Source: Octopus vulgaris (taxonomy: Eukaryota). From it: a stretch of 64,000 nt of DNA. Location: positions 77,004,001 through 77,068,000 of the forward strand of contig OX597821.1 of assembly GCA_951406725.2 (NCBI GenBank), read 5' to 3'. Below are positions 13,110-27,505 of the stretch, one piece after another; position 1 is the first letter of the stretch, and each line of letters opens with the position of its first letter. Under the pieces are notes generated by a model, which saw only the letters and a program-made list of their open reading frames with translations, was not told the DNA's origin and made no database searches. Made by a program: the position numbers and the translations under genes.

Positions 13110-14601
13110 CTTGATACGTTCTGGCTGATTCTAACCTGAATTTGCGAATCACTATTTTGTTTCGTTATTGGGAAACAGTATCCCCTTTACAGCGAACGTG
13201 TTCATAATACACTCGAATTATCAGCACAAAAAATTCTGGGACAGTTGGTGTTTCGTTCCAACCCCGAAACGGTGAAAGTCAAAGTTGACCTGGGCGTAGT
13301 TTGAACTAAAAACGCAAAGCGCTCCACCGATTTCTTAGTAGGCATTCCCAAGCGACGGTTCTAATGTCTTTGCTAATTCACCGCCCTTACAAACTGCTCC
13401 TATATTAATAATAACTAATAATAAAGTAATAATAACCAACAATAATAACAATAACATCAACAACAACAACAGCAACGCTTACTTTATTTGCCAAAATGAT
13501 AATACTTTCGCAAATCTCAGCGTTTAACCTTTTAAACAATTCAATGTTTCAGAACAATAGAATTAGAACAGTGAACAAATGTCAATGAGTTGCAAGAAAT
13601 GAGAAGCATCTTTCGTTAGGTTGCCAATTTCTTTCACTTACCTGGTTTACTTCCAAAAGAAAACCACAAAAAAGAAAAAACCCATCTCTCTCTCTCTATT
13701 TCTTCTGCTTTTCATTGTCACTCTATCTTTCTCATAGTCATTTGTACTATTTTGCTGTTCTGTGCAGTTCTTAACTAAGTCATCACCATAATATTAGTAA
13801 TTTCATAACATTAGTATGGTTTTATTTCGGTAGGTGGGGGTTATTTTTTTTTAATTAACCCTGAACTCACCCCTGCTTCTCTGTATTTCTCGCTAATATT
13901 TCTCGTCTTTCATCTCCACATAGTCATCGTATTTAACAAACCTCTCTACATTCTGCATCTCCTTCCTGCGAGAATATTCTTCAGTATTTCCATCCTCTTC
14001 ACTAACAACTCGTCTTTTACTCTCCTTCATCGAGGCATTCTTCACATTCTCATTTTCATCTCAAAATGTTTCGACACAACTCTTTCTCTCTCTTTCTTCC
14101 TCTCTCTCTCTCTCTTTCTCTCCCTCTCTTATTCTTTGCTTTCTTTCTTTCTCTCTCTATCTCTCTCTCATTCTTTGCTTTCTTTCTTTCTTCCTTTCTT
14201 TTTGTCTGTTTCTCTCATTCTTCCTTTGCTTCTGTCTCTCTTTCTTTCTGTCTCTCTCTCTCTTCCTGTCTCTTTCTCTTTCTGTCTCTCTGTCTTTGTC
14301 TTTCTTTCTTTCTCTCTCTCTCACACATTCTCTCTCTCCCTCACACACACACACACACATATACTATGTAAACACAAACATACAACCACACACATAAATA
14401 CACGCAGAACACACGTAGGTTCATACATGCTCACGCAAATAAACTATAGTGTTCACACGCCCGTCTGTATGTGAGTGCGTGTGTGTGTGTGTGTACTGTA
14501 AACAACGTAATTAAATGTTGATTCTTAAGTGTAAATTACATGGAATGCAGTATACATAGATACATATAAGTGTGTGTGTGTGTAATATAATAATATATAT
14601 G

Positions 14602-14960
14602 TCACCTTGGACAAGTGTCTTCAAGTATAGTCTCGGGCCGGCCAAAGCCTTGTGAGTGGATTTGGTAGACGGAAACTGAAAAAAGCTCGTCGTTTATATA
14701 TATATGTGTGTGTGTGTGTGTGTATTTATATATGTATGTATTTATGTATGTACGTGTGCATGTGTGTATGTGTGTGTGCATGTGCGTGTGTGTGTCTTTG
14801 TGTCTGTGCTCTATTACCGTTTGACAACCGCTGTTGTTACATTTACATCCTCGTAACTTAACAGATATTAAGTACCTGGCTTAGTAAAAAATAAGTATGG
14901 GGGTCGATTCATTCTTCTAAAAATTCTTCCAGGTGGTGCCCCAGCATGGCCGCAGTCTGA
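14602..14960 (+). mobile_element. SINE family B (CORE-like, internal microsatellite), 5'-truncated
   Basis: CACCTTGGACAAGTGTCTTC...GTGAGTGGATTTGGTAGACGGAAACTGAA...GGTGGTGCCCCAGCATGGCCGCAGTC. Confidence 0.8.
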
Positions 14961-15148
14961 TATCTGAACCACAAGATACACACATACACGCCAGCATTTG
15001 AACTTTTTACACACACACACACACGCACACACACATACACACTCTCTCTCTCAGGCACACACACTAACACACATGCATACACACACACACTCAGGTTCAT
15101 ACACACTCACACACACGCATACACGCACACATGCACATATATAAAGTG

Positions 15149-15482
15149 CTCAATTGCTGGTGTAATCGTCTCTTAAATGACCTATCGGTTACACTGATGT
15201 AATACAGACTTCTTAACTAATGTATTTTTTTATCTGATTGAATGGCTTGGTAATTATAATTATTTTTTTGTTTTGTTTAATTTGTATTATTTAGAAAGGT
15301 TGATGGCTGGAAAACGAAATAATTTTACACATAAGCGTGCTTTAAATTAATTGATTGTATATTATTTCCGTTGAATAACTTCTGAAGTTTGATGTCTTTG
15401 TTGGAGTTATTTGGGAGGGGAATTCTTTTCGCATCTAGGTTATAACTTTTACGCTGAAGAATGAACTGGATCAAACCGTATT
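15149..15482 (+). repeat. Copy 2 of the ~335-bp direct repeat, possibly a Penelope-like terminal repeat
   Basis: Matches 12774-13109 and lies just upstream of a Penelope-like ORF remnant. Confidence 0.85.
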
Positions 15483-15594
15483 TGTGTCGTGAGCGGGATT
15501 TTGTTGTTGTTTGTGTCTCTATAAATGAAATAAGGTTATGACTAATATAAATGATAAAAGGTCGTGGTTAACCACGAGTTTCTGAATGGAGCCG

Positions 15595-16075
15595 TTTCGT
15601 CCATGTGAAAAGTTCTTTCATCAAAGGAGAGATCATTTTCTAAGAACAAATTTCTGGAAGATGGCTATAATTTGAATTTAAGTACAACCAGCCACCCACG
15701 AACATACACTTGAAAATTACAACAGAAAAGGGTATAATCGAACAGCACATCAGCAATGATAGAATTAGAATGAGGCTCAATCCGCTCTTCAGGGTAATCG
15801 TTGTTACATGGACGAATCACGCAGTTCTTTTATTTATTCAACAAACACGTTAACAAAAGCGTTAAACTTCATAAATTATTCAACAAGAACAACAAGGAAG
15901 TAAATCATAATTATTCCATAACAAGTTTATGAGATGAGTAGTTTTTATTATAAAAGCAGAGAAAATTCAAAATTTGGAAACTAAACAGAAAATAACTGCG
16001 TGTTTCTTCATTGTTCAGTTCATAACAAGATGCATCATGTGTTAAGCAGCTACATTAAGGAAAAAATGACAATAC
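15595..16075 (+). pseudogene. Degenerate Penelope-like element ORF (RT thumb region to GIY-YIG start)
   Basis: Frameshifted translation HVKSSFIKGEII..LRTN...KGYN and later ASCVKQ/YI resembles PLE motifs KxxFIKGExxRLLRTNS...RGY and CxxCxKQYIGET. Confidence 0.5.
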
Positions 16076-16289
16076 CCTGTCAGACACCGGCTTAACGGAA
16101 AACTCTTTTAAGGACCGGCTATATTCATACATAAGCTCTTTCAAAAATCACCAAGAAAGAGTAATTCGTAAGTGTTAAGGCATACTGGGAACAACAATGG
16201 GTTGAATGTGCTGGAATAGCAAGTTCTATTTCGGACAGAGGTACTCCATAAAATAATAAAAATATCATTATATTACACACACACACACG

Positions 16290-16354
<65 letters not shown>

Positions 16355-16605
16355 GACACATATATGAGTTTCATGTATTTGTAATGTGTGTATATGTATA
16401 TACAAACCATTCATTGTGCTTTATTGCATATAACCTATATCATACATACGTACATTCATACACACATACATATCTATATGTATATGTGTGCGTATATGTG
16501 TGTGTACGTGTGTGTGAATGTGTGTGTATGAGTGTATATACATATATGCATGTATATTTTTACGTATATATGTATATTTATATGTATATATATATATATA
16601 CACAT

Positions 16606-16637
<32 letters not shown>

Positions 16638-17184
16638 GTGTGTGTGTGTGAGTGTATGTGTGCGTAGGGATATGGTATTTAGGGACGTATCATATGTTAA
16701 ATATATTTTGTTTATTATGAATATGAGTTGTATACATTTATATATACAAATATATACAAACACATATATAGCAATGTAGCAATGTGTGTATGTGTGTATG
16801 TGTCTACGTACATAGGTAGATACAAAAATGCACAGATGCATACATATATATATACAAACATAGACTTTTACAAGGAATAGGTGCTCGCCGACTACGAAGA
16901 TTCAATTTGATCACCCTCTTCAAAATAATCATATTTTACTTTTAATTATCTCTATGTTTCAACCAAACCGCTGTGGCCATGCTAGAGAACCACTAGAGAA
17001 ATCACCTTGTGAGTGGCCATTTTATGCGATAGGATTTTGGTGAAAGAGGGAGTTCGACACAGCTGCCATTTTTTTGAGTTCTTACTGTCATATAAATTCA
17101 TCCGAGAGCTGAGACGCGCGCGCGCGCGCACACACACACATTATATATGTGTGTATATATACATATATATCTATTTCATATGTG

Positions 17185-17224
<40 letters not shown>

Positions 17225-17279
17225 CACACACACACATACATATATAGATAGGTAGGTAGGTAGGTAGGTAGATAGATAT

Positions 17280-17362
<83 letters not shown>

Positions 17363-17729
17363 TAGCTAAGCTACGACTTTTTCAATCCAATATTTATCTC
17401 CTATAAAGTTTTTAGAATTATGTGCATCGAGACCGACCGTTCCAAAAGGAATTATTTCATGTCCTGACAAAAGTTTATTAAGATTCTTATAACGTCAGCA
17501 ACATGTGCGCGCGCGCGAGTGTGTGCCTGTGTCTGTATGTGTGTGTATGTGTGTGCGTGTATGTGTGTGTATACATAAATATATCTATATATCTATGTAT
17601 ATCGTTGTTAATCCAAAGAATTGCAGTAGTAGAAGAAATTGAATTGAAAATGCTCAGAGAATATATCAGAATTAATATACACCTACACCATACATACATA
17701 CATACATACATACATACATACATACATAC

Positions 17730-17780
<51 letters not shown>

Positions 17781-18047
17781 CATACATACATACATATATA
17801 CATACATATATATATATACACACACACACATATATATATATATACTTATGCATACACATACAAATACGTCTATATATGTGTGTGTGTATTTACATATATA
17901 TATATACGTATATATATATGTATGCTTATGAATATATATACATATATTTATATATATATATATATACGTACAAATATATATGTATACATGTAAATATATG
18001 ATTATATATATGCATATATATATATGTATGTTTATCTTTGTATGTTC

Positions 18048-18104
<57 letters not shown>

Positions 18105-18378
18105 CACACACACACACGTACATATGTATGTACTGACACACAGCGGGAGAACAGAAAGGAATGGCAGAAACAGTTAATACTTGAATAATTTGATAGAAAG
18201 ATAGATTCCATAATTTTGATAATGGGAAAATTAGAAATATTAACAGGTAAAAAGTTCTCCAAAGTTACATTAGTCAACTAATAATCTGATGGAGCCATAA
18301 TATTTTCATTTAAAAAAACTGGGAAGTTTGAGATATACAGGAAAGTAAATGTGTCTATGTGCACTTCTGCTTATATGT

Positions 18379-18417
<39 letters not shown>

Positions 18418-19369
18418 TGTGTGTATGTGTATACTGATGGAAAAAGAGAAACAAGAGATAGCAAATATTGATTGATAAGCATGATACAGACGAACGTAGA
18501 AATACTTATAGAATATATGTGTGTGTATGTGTGTGTGAGTATATATACATACATAGATACACACACATATATATATACATTTAAACATACATGAATACAT
18601 ACATACATACATATATACATACGTATATATATATATATACACACACATATATATATGTATATATTGATATTGATATATAATATAACGCATGCATATAAAT
18701 ATATTTCATATATGTTTTTGAAATATGTATGATATATATATATATAATATCATAAATATATATATACATCTACACACACGTACACACACACACATATATA
18801 TATATATATATTTATATGTGTGTGTGTGATACACACACACACACACACACACGTATACATATATATCATTGCTATGATAACCAAATGTCACCAAATGTGT
18901 TGTTTTCAGTATTTATTTTTGCTTGCAATAGCCGGTTCTTTTGGTCAAACTGCTTCACATACTAAGTTATCACATACTAGCTTTTCAAAACTTGTCAGAA
19001 TGCTACTACAACGGTTTTGCTATGGAATAGTGAGACTATTTTTTCATATTCGGAAAAAAAATCCAACGTTTTGGACTTACAACACTTTTGCATAATAGCA
19101 ACGATATAATGTATATATAATGTATATAATGTATATATAATGTATATAATGTATATATTTATATATATATATGTATGTATGTAGAATATCTTTTGCGGGG
19201 TGGGGGGGGTATTTTGTGTTATTTTGTTGGTTGTGGCGGTTCTGTTATACTCTTATAGGTATATACTTTTCATCTTTTAATTTGAATTATTTTTCCAGTT
19301 GTCATACAAATAATTCGAACCAAGCATCTTTTTAATATTTCTTCTCCATTTTCTTCTATTGACTTTTTC

Positions 19370-19425
<56 letters not shown>

Positions 19426-19642
19426 TATGAGATAGCCTATAGAAACTCGACGAACAATCAAACATGGAGAAGAGAAGGTGTTAAAGTTTTAAAAAAAAAA
19501 AAATTTTAACAAGCATTTTCATATACAAAAAAAAACTTACAGTAGTAAAATAGCAATTTAATATGAAGAATCTTTATTAGAAATCGAACTTTGGAACCCC
19601 ACGAAGTAAAGGACGAAATAGAACTCAATCGTTTCTCATATA

Positions 19643-19758
<116 letters not shown>

Positions 19759-19947
19759 CACACATACGTGTGTGTGTATGAATGTATTTATGCGTGTATT
19801 CTTAATGAAATGACATACTCATATACTTGGTATACTAAATATATTCATAGACTATCAGATGAGTATATAGATTGACTAATAACAAGATGATGCGACAGGT
19901 AGACACACAAATTCACAAATACTCAGTGCACTGAATTATCATAAAGA

Positions 19948-20330
19948 CGGAGGCGCAATGGCCCAGTGGTTAGGGCAGCAGTCTCGCGGTCGTAGGTTCG
20001 CGGTTTCGACTCCCAGACTCAGTTGTGAGTGGTTTATTGAGCGAAAGTACCTAAAGCTGCTCGAGTCTCATGCAGGGGGTGGTAGTGAACCCTGCTGTAC
20101 TCTTTCACCACAACTTTCTCTCACTCTTTCTTCCTGTTTCTGTTGTACCTGTATTTCAAAGGGCCAGCTTTGTCATACTTTGTGTCATGCTGAATCTCCC
20201 TCAGAACTACGTTAAGGGTACACTTGTCTGTGGAGTGCTCAGCCACTTGCACGTTAATTTCACGAGCAGGCTGTTCCGTTAATCGGATCGACTGGAACCC
20301 TCGTCGTCGTGACCGACGGAGTACCACGAC
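19948..20330 (+). mobile_element. Full-length tRNA-derived SINE, middle M1 + tail T1
   Basis: GGAGGCGCAATGGCCCAGTGGTTAGGG...GGTTTCGACTCC head, tail CCCTCGTCGTCGTGACCGACGGAGTA. Confidence 0.9.
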
Positions 20331-21037
20331 GATTATAAAGATAAATGGGAAACTAAAGGCGAAGTTCAAATTCCATGTGTAAGCTGAATTTCCTTGAAAT
20401 ATTTTCTCGTACGTTTTACGATGCATAATTAAAATAACATATGAAATGGCGAGTATCTCCTAAGTAGGATATATTCTTTGATATTAGTTTACTCAAAAGA
20501 TAGTAGAATCGGATCTTATTTCGAAGAGAATTAACGAAATAAATTTTACAGTTAATTAAACAACAGCTTTCTAGGAATGTAAAACACGTAAGATTTCTGC
20601 CTAAAAAATACGTATAATAATAATGTAAGTAGGAGGGGAGTACACGCGCACACGCACACACATACACATTTTATACACACACACACAAACACACATATAT
20701 ATATATACACACATATAAGCTCCCTTTCTTCATTTACTAGTTTCAGCCCCTGGATGGCCTCTGGTGTTTTAAAATTTGGTTCTTATTTTAACGACGTTTT
20801 GTGTTGCAACGTACATAAAACATAATTCGCTTTTCCTAATACAAATACAGACAGACAGGTACAAGAAAAAAACTCATATGTGCATATAAAAGTGTGCACA
20901 CATACGGACTTTATGCACAAAAATATATATGTGCATGAATATGCAAATACACACACACACACACATACAGACATATATATACATATATTTATATATGTAT
21001 ATATATATCTATGCCTATCTATCTATCTATTTATCTA

Positions 21038-21178
<141 letters not shown>

Positions 21179-21254
21179 TTCAATACATTTATATACGCCC
21201 ATATATATACATACATACGCACATACATGCATACATGTATAAATGTATATATAT

Positions 21255-21292
<38 letters not shown>

Positions 21293-21314
21293 TTTTTGCT
21301 AGCAAAAACTATCC

Positions 21315-21357
<43 letters not shown>

Positions 21358-21549
21358 TTTAAACTTCTTATAGGAATATCTAACCTAGATAAACTGGTTT
21401 TCATATATCATATTTTGAAGAGAACTTTCTTCAATGAACATATGAACATATTATATAAAATATCGTAAAATATCTGACATTATTATGGAGTTAGAAAACA
21501 GAGAGAGACCCAATGGGTACAAGTTAATTTATTAACTAATCAACATATT

Positions 21550-21644
21550 CTCCTACAATTGTTTCATTTCATAATCAAAACCAAAATTACAAAACATAAA
21601 AAATATGTAATTTTGCATTTTAAATATGGAAAATCATCAGGGTG
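21550..21644 (-). ncRNA. Type I hammerhead ribozyme, intact core, long stem II
   Basis: Minus strand reads cacc-CTGATGA-[ttttccata..caaaattaca..tgtaattttg..tatgaaat]-GAAA-caattg-TA-ggag. Stem III is the palindrome ACAATTGT with a GUA triplet. Stem I is weak (one mismatch). Confidence 0.7.
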
Positions 21645-21740
21645 TGCAAAGGACTATGAGAATTACATTAGGATAAGTTTGAAATACTCCGAATATATAG
21701 ACATGTTTATTTTGTTGTGTATGTATCTTGTTGTGTACCT

Positions 21741-21806
<66 letters not shown>

Positions 21807-21851
21807 GTATGTATATATGCGTATGTGTGTGTATTTATATATGTAAATCTG

Positions 21852-21885
<34 letters not shown>

Positions 21886-22367
21886 TGTATGTATGTATGT
21901 ATGTACGCATGTATGCATGTATACATGAAAAACAACAAGAAAAGATTCAATCTACGTTAAATTGTCCTACATTCAGATATTTGTTAGAATATAACAAGTT
22001 TTGTTTTTTTTACTTAGAGTTAAATATTTTTTCCGTAATATTTACATATATTATGAAAGTAAAAATACAAATATATTTGCACAATAAATATTTTTGTATA
22101 ATAGCCTTACTGAAATATACTAAAATATTATTTCCCCTGGTGATTTTTATTTAAGTAAGAAAAAGAAGAAAAAAGGAGAGAGGGAGAAAAAAAACATGTT
22201 ATTTAAAGTTTATTTTATAGAACAAAAGGTTTCCGCATGAAAAAGTTTTAATGAATGAATTTTAGAGCATTTTGTAAGGAAAGAAGGCTTTAAGGGCCGG
22301 GACATGCATTCGCTGCTGTTTAGCTTTAGAAGTTTAAAGATGTTTTCAGTGTATTTTGAAAGCATTT

Positions 22368-22412
<45 letters not shown>

Positions 22413-22714
22413 TTCACACACACACACGTACACGTTCGCACACTAACATCGACGCACAGACAGACAAGCGGACCGACCGACAGACAGAAAGAGAGACAAA
22501 CAGGTCGATAGATAGATAGATTGATAGACACTGGCGAAGGAAACGTATTCAAACAGAAATTAAATCTTTTCTACAAGGACATCTATATACAAGTATACAA
22601 GTATACATATATACATAAATACATATACATACATAAATACATATACATAAATACATATACATATACATATATATATATGCATACATATACACATATATAT
22701 ATATATATATATAT

Positions 22715-23031
22715 GGAAGCACTCCGTCGGTTACGACGACGAGGGTTCCGGTTGATCCGAATCAACGGAACAGCCTGCTCGTGAAATTAACGTGTAAGTG
22801 GCTGAGCACTCCACAGACACGTGTACCCTTAACGTAGTTCTCGGGGATATTCAGCGTGACACAGAAAGTGACAAGGCCGGCCCTTTGAAATACAGGTACA
22901 ACAGAAACAGGAAGTAAGAGTGTGAGAGAAAGTTGTGGTGAAAGAGCACAGCAGGGATCACCACCATCCCTGCCGGAGCCTCGTGGAGCTTTAGGTGTTT
23001 TCGCTCAATAAACACTCACAACTGGGTCTGG

Positions 23032-23032
<1 letters not shown>
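22715..23032 (-). mobile_element. SINE M1+T1, head truncated, inserted in (TA)n
   Basis: Reverse complement of the 19948-20330 type, flanked on both sides by TA repeats. Confidence 0.9.
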
Positions 23033-23070
<38 letters not shown>

Positions 23071-24312
23071 TGCATAAACACATATATAAGTATGTATGAT
23101 GTATGTATATTTATGAGGGGGATGATTACGTCAAAGTGAAATAAAAGCAATTATAAGATATGAAATATATGCGGGTATGTTGAAAATTTGATATAACTTA
23201 CAACAGAATAGATAGGTAATTAGTTAAATACAACCTTTAGTGATGCCACCTTATGTGCTGTGCTACAAGTTTCAGAGGAGCTACCTAATGTGCCTACCTG
23301 GCCAGGCTTTCCACCACATCTTTCGTTTTCAATATTATGTTTGTTTCCGTTGTATATCTCTCGGCGAAGTATATATTATCCCAAACATCTACTAGGACTC
23401 TTTTGTACTTCGAGATACTGTTAGTCATTTCTTTCCATTCCCCCCCTTACTGTTCGATGGGGCTCATTTATGGATGCACCTGCCTTTATCACGCAGGTCA
23501 GCCAAGGAGACTCTTCTCTGCTAGATAATTTAAATCTAAGACGCATCTCTGTTTAAGGTAGCTCCAGCTAAAGACGGAAGCTTGGACACGTTTTCATGGT
23601 CTCTCAGTTTTCGGTTAGCAGTCATATCTACGCTTGGAACCAGTGCATAGATGCCTGAACACGGTTTGCCTCTTCATACTATCACGAGTTTAAAAATAAA
23701 ACTAGGCATTTGGTCCTGTAAGCCTGGAGTGTATGTTGGTGAGATTCTGTAGGTCTCTGAAACATATCGCATCATCTATTTTCTTACTTTACTTCTTTTA
23801 TCACATATTCAAGTTACGTGTTACCTCAAAAACATTCATTCGAATATTTACTGAAAAATGAAAACAACACTATGTCCCTTTGATAAGCATTAAGAATAAA
23901 ATTTACTTACGCTACATAATAAATGATACATACTAAATAGCATTACATAAAACTATTAAAAACTAGATGGTATTTGTAATCTTAAAAGAGAAAGGTAGCG
24001 TTAAACAATATCGTGCTAAAGATAATGTATAAAGAAAAAAACAGCCCCGGTGATCTATTATATTCATGTTAAAAGTGTGCGTATGTGTGTTTATTTTAAT
24101 GTATGACGTTAAAGTAAACACAAACACACACACACACATACACACACACACACACATACACACACACACACACATTTATCATTTCTGTAATAATGGGGAC
24201 CATATTCATAATGGAAATATGTATATAAAATTATGTACGGACATCTCAGCTCATAAACAAGTTTTAGAATACTAACTATGAGAGCATGTATTGTTCTATT
24301 CAGGCTTATTCC

Positions 24313-24347
24313 ATGTGTGTATGTATGTATGTATGTATGTATGTATG

Positions 24348-24381
<34 letters not shown>

Positions 24382-24675
24382 TGTATGCATGCATTCATGC
24401 ATGTATGTATGTATGTATGTATGTATGTATGTATGCATGTATGTATGTATGTATGCATGCATGCATGTATGTATGTATGTATGTATGTATGTATGTGTGT
24501 ATGCATGTATGTATGTATGTATGTATGTATGTATGTATGTATGTATGCATGTATGCATGTATGTATGTATGTGTGTATGTATGTATGTATGTATGTATGT
24601 ATGTATGTATGTATGTATGTGTGTATGCATGTATGTATGTATGTATGTATGTATGTATGTGTGTATGCATGTATT
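24313..24675. repeat. Long (ATGT)n microsatellite, representative of dozens of (TA)n, (CA)n, (ATAC)n, (ATAG)n, (AAT)n and (CT)n tracts
   Basis: Directly visible. Such tracts are the source of most ORF-track entries. Confidence 0.95.
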
Positions 24676-24691
24676 TACGTGGAATACGAAA

Positions 24692-25060
24692 GTATTTACG
24701 TGGAATACGAAATACAGAGTACGGAATACAGAAACAAGATATACGAAAGAAGTTATATAAGAGTCCTATCTCGACAGGTGTTTCGGGATCACTATAGACT
24801 ATGCATAATCACATTCATGCATAATAATGACCCATGGTGTCGTAGGGACATGTAATAATATAAGTTCCTATGAATTCGTTAGACGAAGCAGTCATCCTCA
24901 TCGGAAGATAAGATGGGACTGCATTATGTTTGGATGTGGTTATGGCATGTCATAGCATGCCAGCTCTCGAAACAGCTGTTAAGATAAAACTTTTACAAAA
25001 CTTCTATAGTTTACTTTGTTTTTTTATTTCCTACTCTGTATTTTGTATTCCTTGCAAATA
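24692..25060. repeat. Diverged fold-back element (arms about 140 bp) with a hammerhead 3' half
   Basis: GGAATACGAAATACAGAGTA is mirrored by TACTCTGTATTTTGTATTCC. It contains GAAA-CAGCTG-TT, mirrored as GACAGGTGTTTC. No clear CUGANGA. Confidence 0.75.
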
Positions 25061-25088
25061 TATACATTAAAGTTATTTATGTTTATCG

Positions 25089-25468
25089 GTCTCTCTAAAG
25101 GAGACTATGGCAGCGGTACTGGAAATTAACAGTTATCGACAAGCTAATATGGCAGTCCACAAATATAAGACTTAAGCTGCCGTTGATTAGCTCCAAGAGG
25201 CCATCGTCTCTAGCTAGCTATATGACACACTGTGTCCAGTATAACCTTCGAACAGGTGAGGTCAGCCGCTTCCCCTTGCTGGTCAGGCATCTGCAGTCAT
25301 GTTTCAGGGTATTTTCCCTTTATCAATGCAGTGTAGCCAGACCCAGCAGGCGTCGCTGCCGACCGTCTGTTCGAAGGATTATGTACCTAATTTCAGTGGA
25401 ATACGTCCACTGGTTTTCAAAAATAGAAATATTAAAATTTCTAAGTCTCTCTAAAGGAGACTATGGCA
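25089..25468 (-). mobile_element. 356-bp unit bounded by a 24-bp direct repeat, containing a decayed hammerhead (retrozyme/PLE-like)
   Basis: GTCTCTCTAAAGGAGACTATGGCA at 25089-25112 and 25445-25468. Minus strand 25291-25331 reads ctgca-TTGATAA-aggg-aaaata-ccct-GAAA-catg-AC-tgcag. Confidence 0.65.
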
Positions 25469-25514
25469 TACACATGCACATATATAGACATACATACATA
25501 CATACACAATAATA

Positions 25515-25745
25515 ATAATTGTGTTGCAGTATATTCTTGTGTTGTGATCCTGAATTGGATAGGGGACGTATGGCCTGTGGTTCTTGCCTTGGATGGATTT
25601 TAAAACTAATGTTGAGGTCGTTTAAGCAATGCTGGCGGTATATTCTCCACATCGTGCAAATGATATATCGCCCACGGTGGCGCTGGAGAGAATAAAGTTT
25701 CGATACTTTAAGGTGGTCCCAATAATCGAGAACAGTCATGCCCTT
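25515..25745 (-). pseudogene. CR1/L2-group LINE ORF2 C-terminal remnant
   Basis: LDYWDHLKVSKLYSLQRHRGRYIICTMWRI matches the YWERLxxLxLYSLQRRRERYxIIYxWKI motif. Confidence 0.75.
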
Positions 25746-25819
25746 AAATAGATATGCATATGTGCGTATGCATATATGTGTGAATATATGCAAAATTATA
25801 TATAGCAATATGTGCGTGC

Positions 25820-25894
<75 letters not shown>

Positions 25895-26074
25895 ATGCAT
25901 TTCAGTCACCTAAAACTAAAGAAACGCGTTACATGTGGGAATTTTGTGCTTCGCCCCAATGCCTTCAGCTGAGTGAATTAAAATTTTTGGACTCTAATAT
26001 CTTGTACTGAGTTATTTCACGTACATTTATTATCACTGGCATGTGCGCGCGCGCACACACACCCAAACACAGGT

Positions 26075-26112
<38 letters not shown>

Positions 26113-26239
26113 ACGCAAACATACACACATACATGCATATATACATACACATACATGCATTCACACAAAAGTTTAGGTAGATGGATACATAGACAGACAG
26201 ACAGATAGGAAAGACAGACAGACAGACAGGCAGACAGAC

Positions 26240-26344
<105 letters not shown>

Positions 26345-26619
26345 CTTTTACTCGTGTACTTGTTTCAGTCATGTGACTGCAGCCATGCTGGAGTACATTT
26401 CTCAATTCGAACACTTACAATCTCATATTTACTAACGATCATCATCAGGTACATATGATCATTTACCTTTGTAATTGTTCATAAACTTGCATATGCGTGT
26501 GTATGTGTGTGTATATGTATGTACACACACACCCTTATATATGTACACATGTACATACACATATATCTTTATAATGGTATGCATACATACATACATAAAT
26601 GCATACAAACAAAAATAAC

Positions 26620-26922
26620 TTGTTGATGTTCAAATTTCAATGAAGGAGCCTTAGAAATTGACTCTTTCTCTATTGTCAAGAAATCATGAAATAAAACTGA
26701 ACATACATACATACATACATACATACATACATACATACATACATACATACATACATACATACATACATACATACATACATACATACATACATACATACAT
26801 ACATACATACATACATACTTACCCTGTTGATGTTGAAATTCCAATGAAGGAGCCTTGGATCTAGGTTAGAAACCGGCTCTTTCTCTATTGACAAACAGTC
26901 TTGAAATAAAACTGAATAATGA
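26620..26922 (+). repeat. Two copies of an 80-100-bp element, each followed by (CATA)n
   Basis: TGTTGATGTT.AAATT.CAATGAAGGAGCCTT...CTCTTTCTCTATTG...GAAATAAAACTGAA at about 26621 and 26826. Confidence 0.85.
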
Positions 26923-27119
26923 CATACATACGTACGTACACACATACATACGTACATACATACTTACATACATACATACATACATACATACGTACATACA
27001 TGCATACATACATACATACATACATACATACATACATACATACATACATACATACATACATACATACATACATACATACACACAGACGAAGATGGCTAAA
27101 TTTAGAATAGTAGGTCAAA

Positions 27120-27505
27120 AGAATATTGGTGGAACTTGAAAATTGGAACAGCCTCCAAGTTAAAACCCAACCGGTCGGATATTGTTGTATGGGAACACAA
27201 GGAAAAGATATGTTCTCTTGTGGAAATCGGCCGCATTTTAGACACCAATATGGTTGGAAAAGCTCAAAAAAGAGAGGACATCTTTGGACCATTGATAAAG
27301 AGTTTGCAAATCCAATACCCAAGATAGACTTACAGGTTCATACTTATCATTATTGGAACAACAGAATACACACCAAGCCGTATGGCTGGACTTGGAATAT
27401 TGTGGGGAGAATACAAATTCTTAATTCATGCGCTATAAATGTTCACGATATCTGGGTCTCTGAAAATCTGCAAAAACTTTTTAAAGATTTAAAAGAAGAC
27501 GGTTA
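27120..27505 (+). pseudogene. Restriction-like endonuclease (RLE) domain remnant of a non-LTR retrotransposon
   Basis: KPNRSDIVVWEHKEKICSLVEIGRILDTNMVGKAQKREDIFGPLIKSLQ matches the PD-(D/E)xK RLE pattern NRPDIVVW...VEI..P.D.N...K. Confidence 0.75.
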
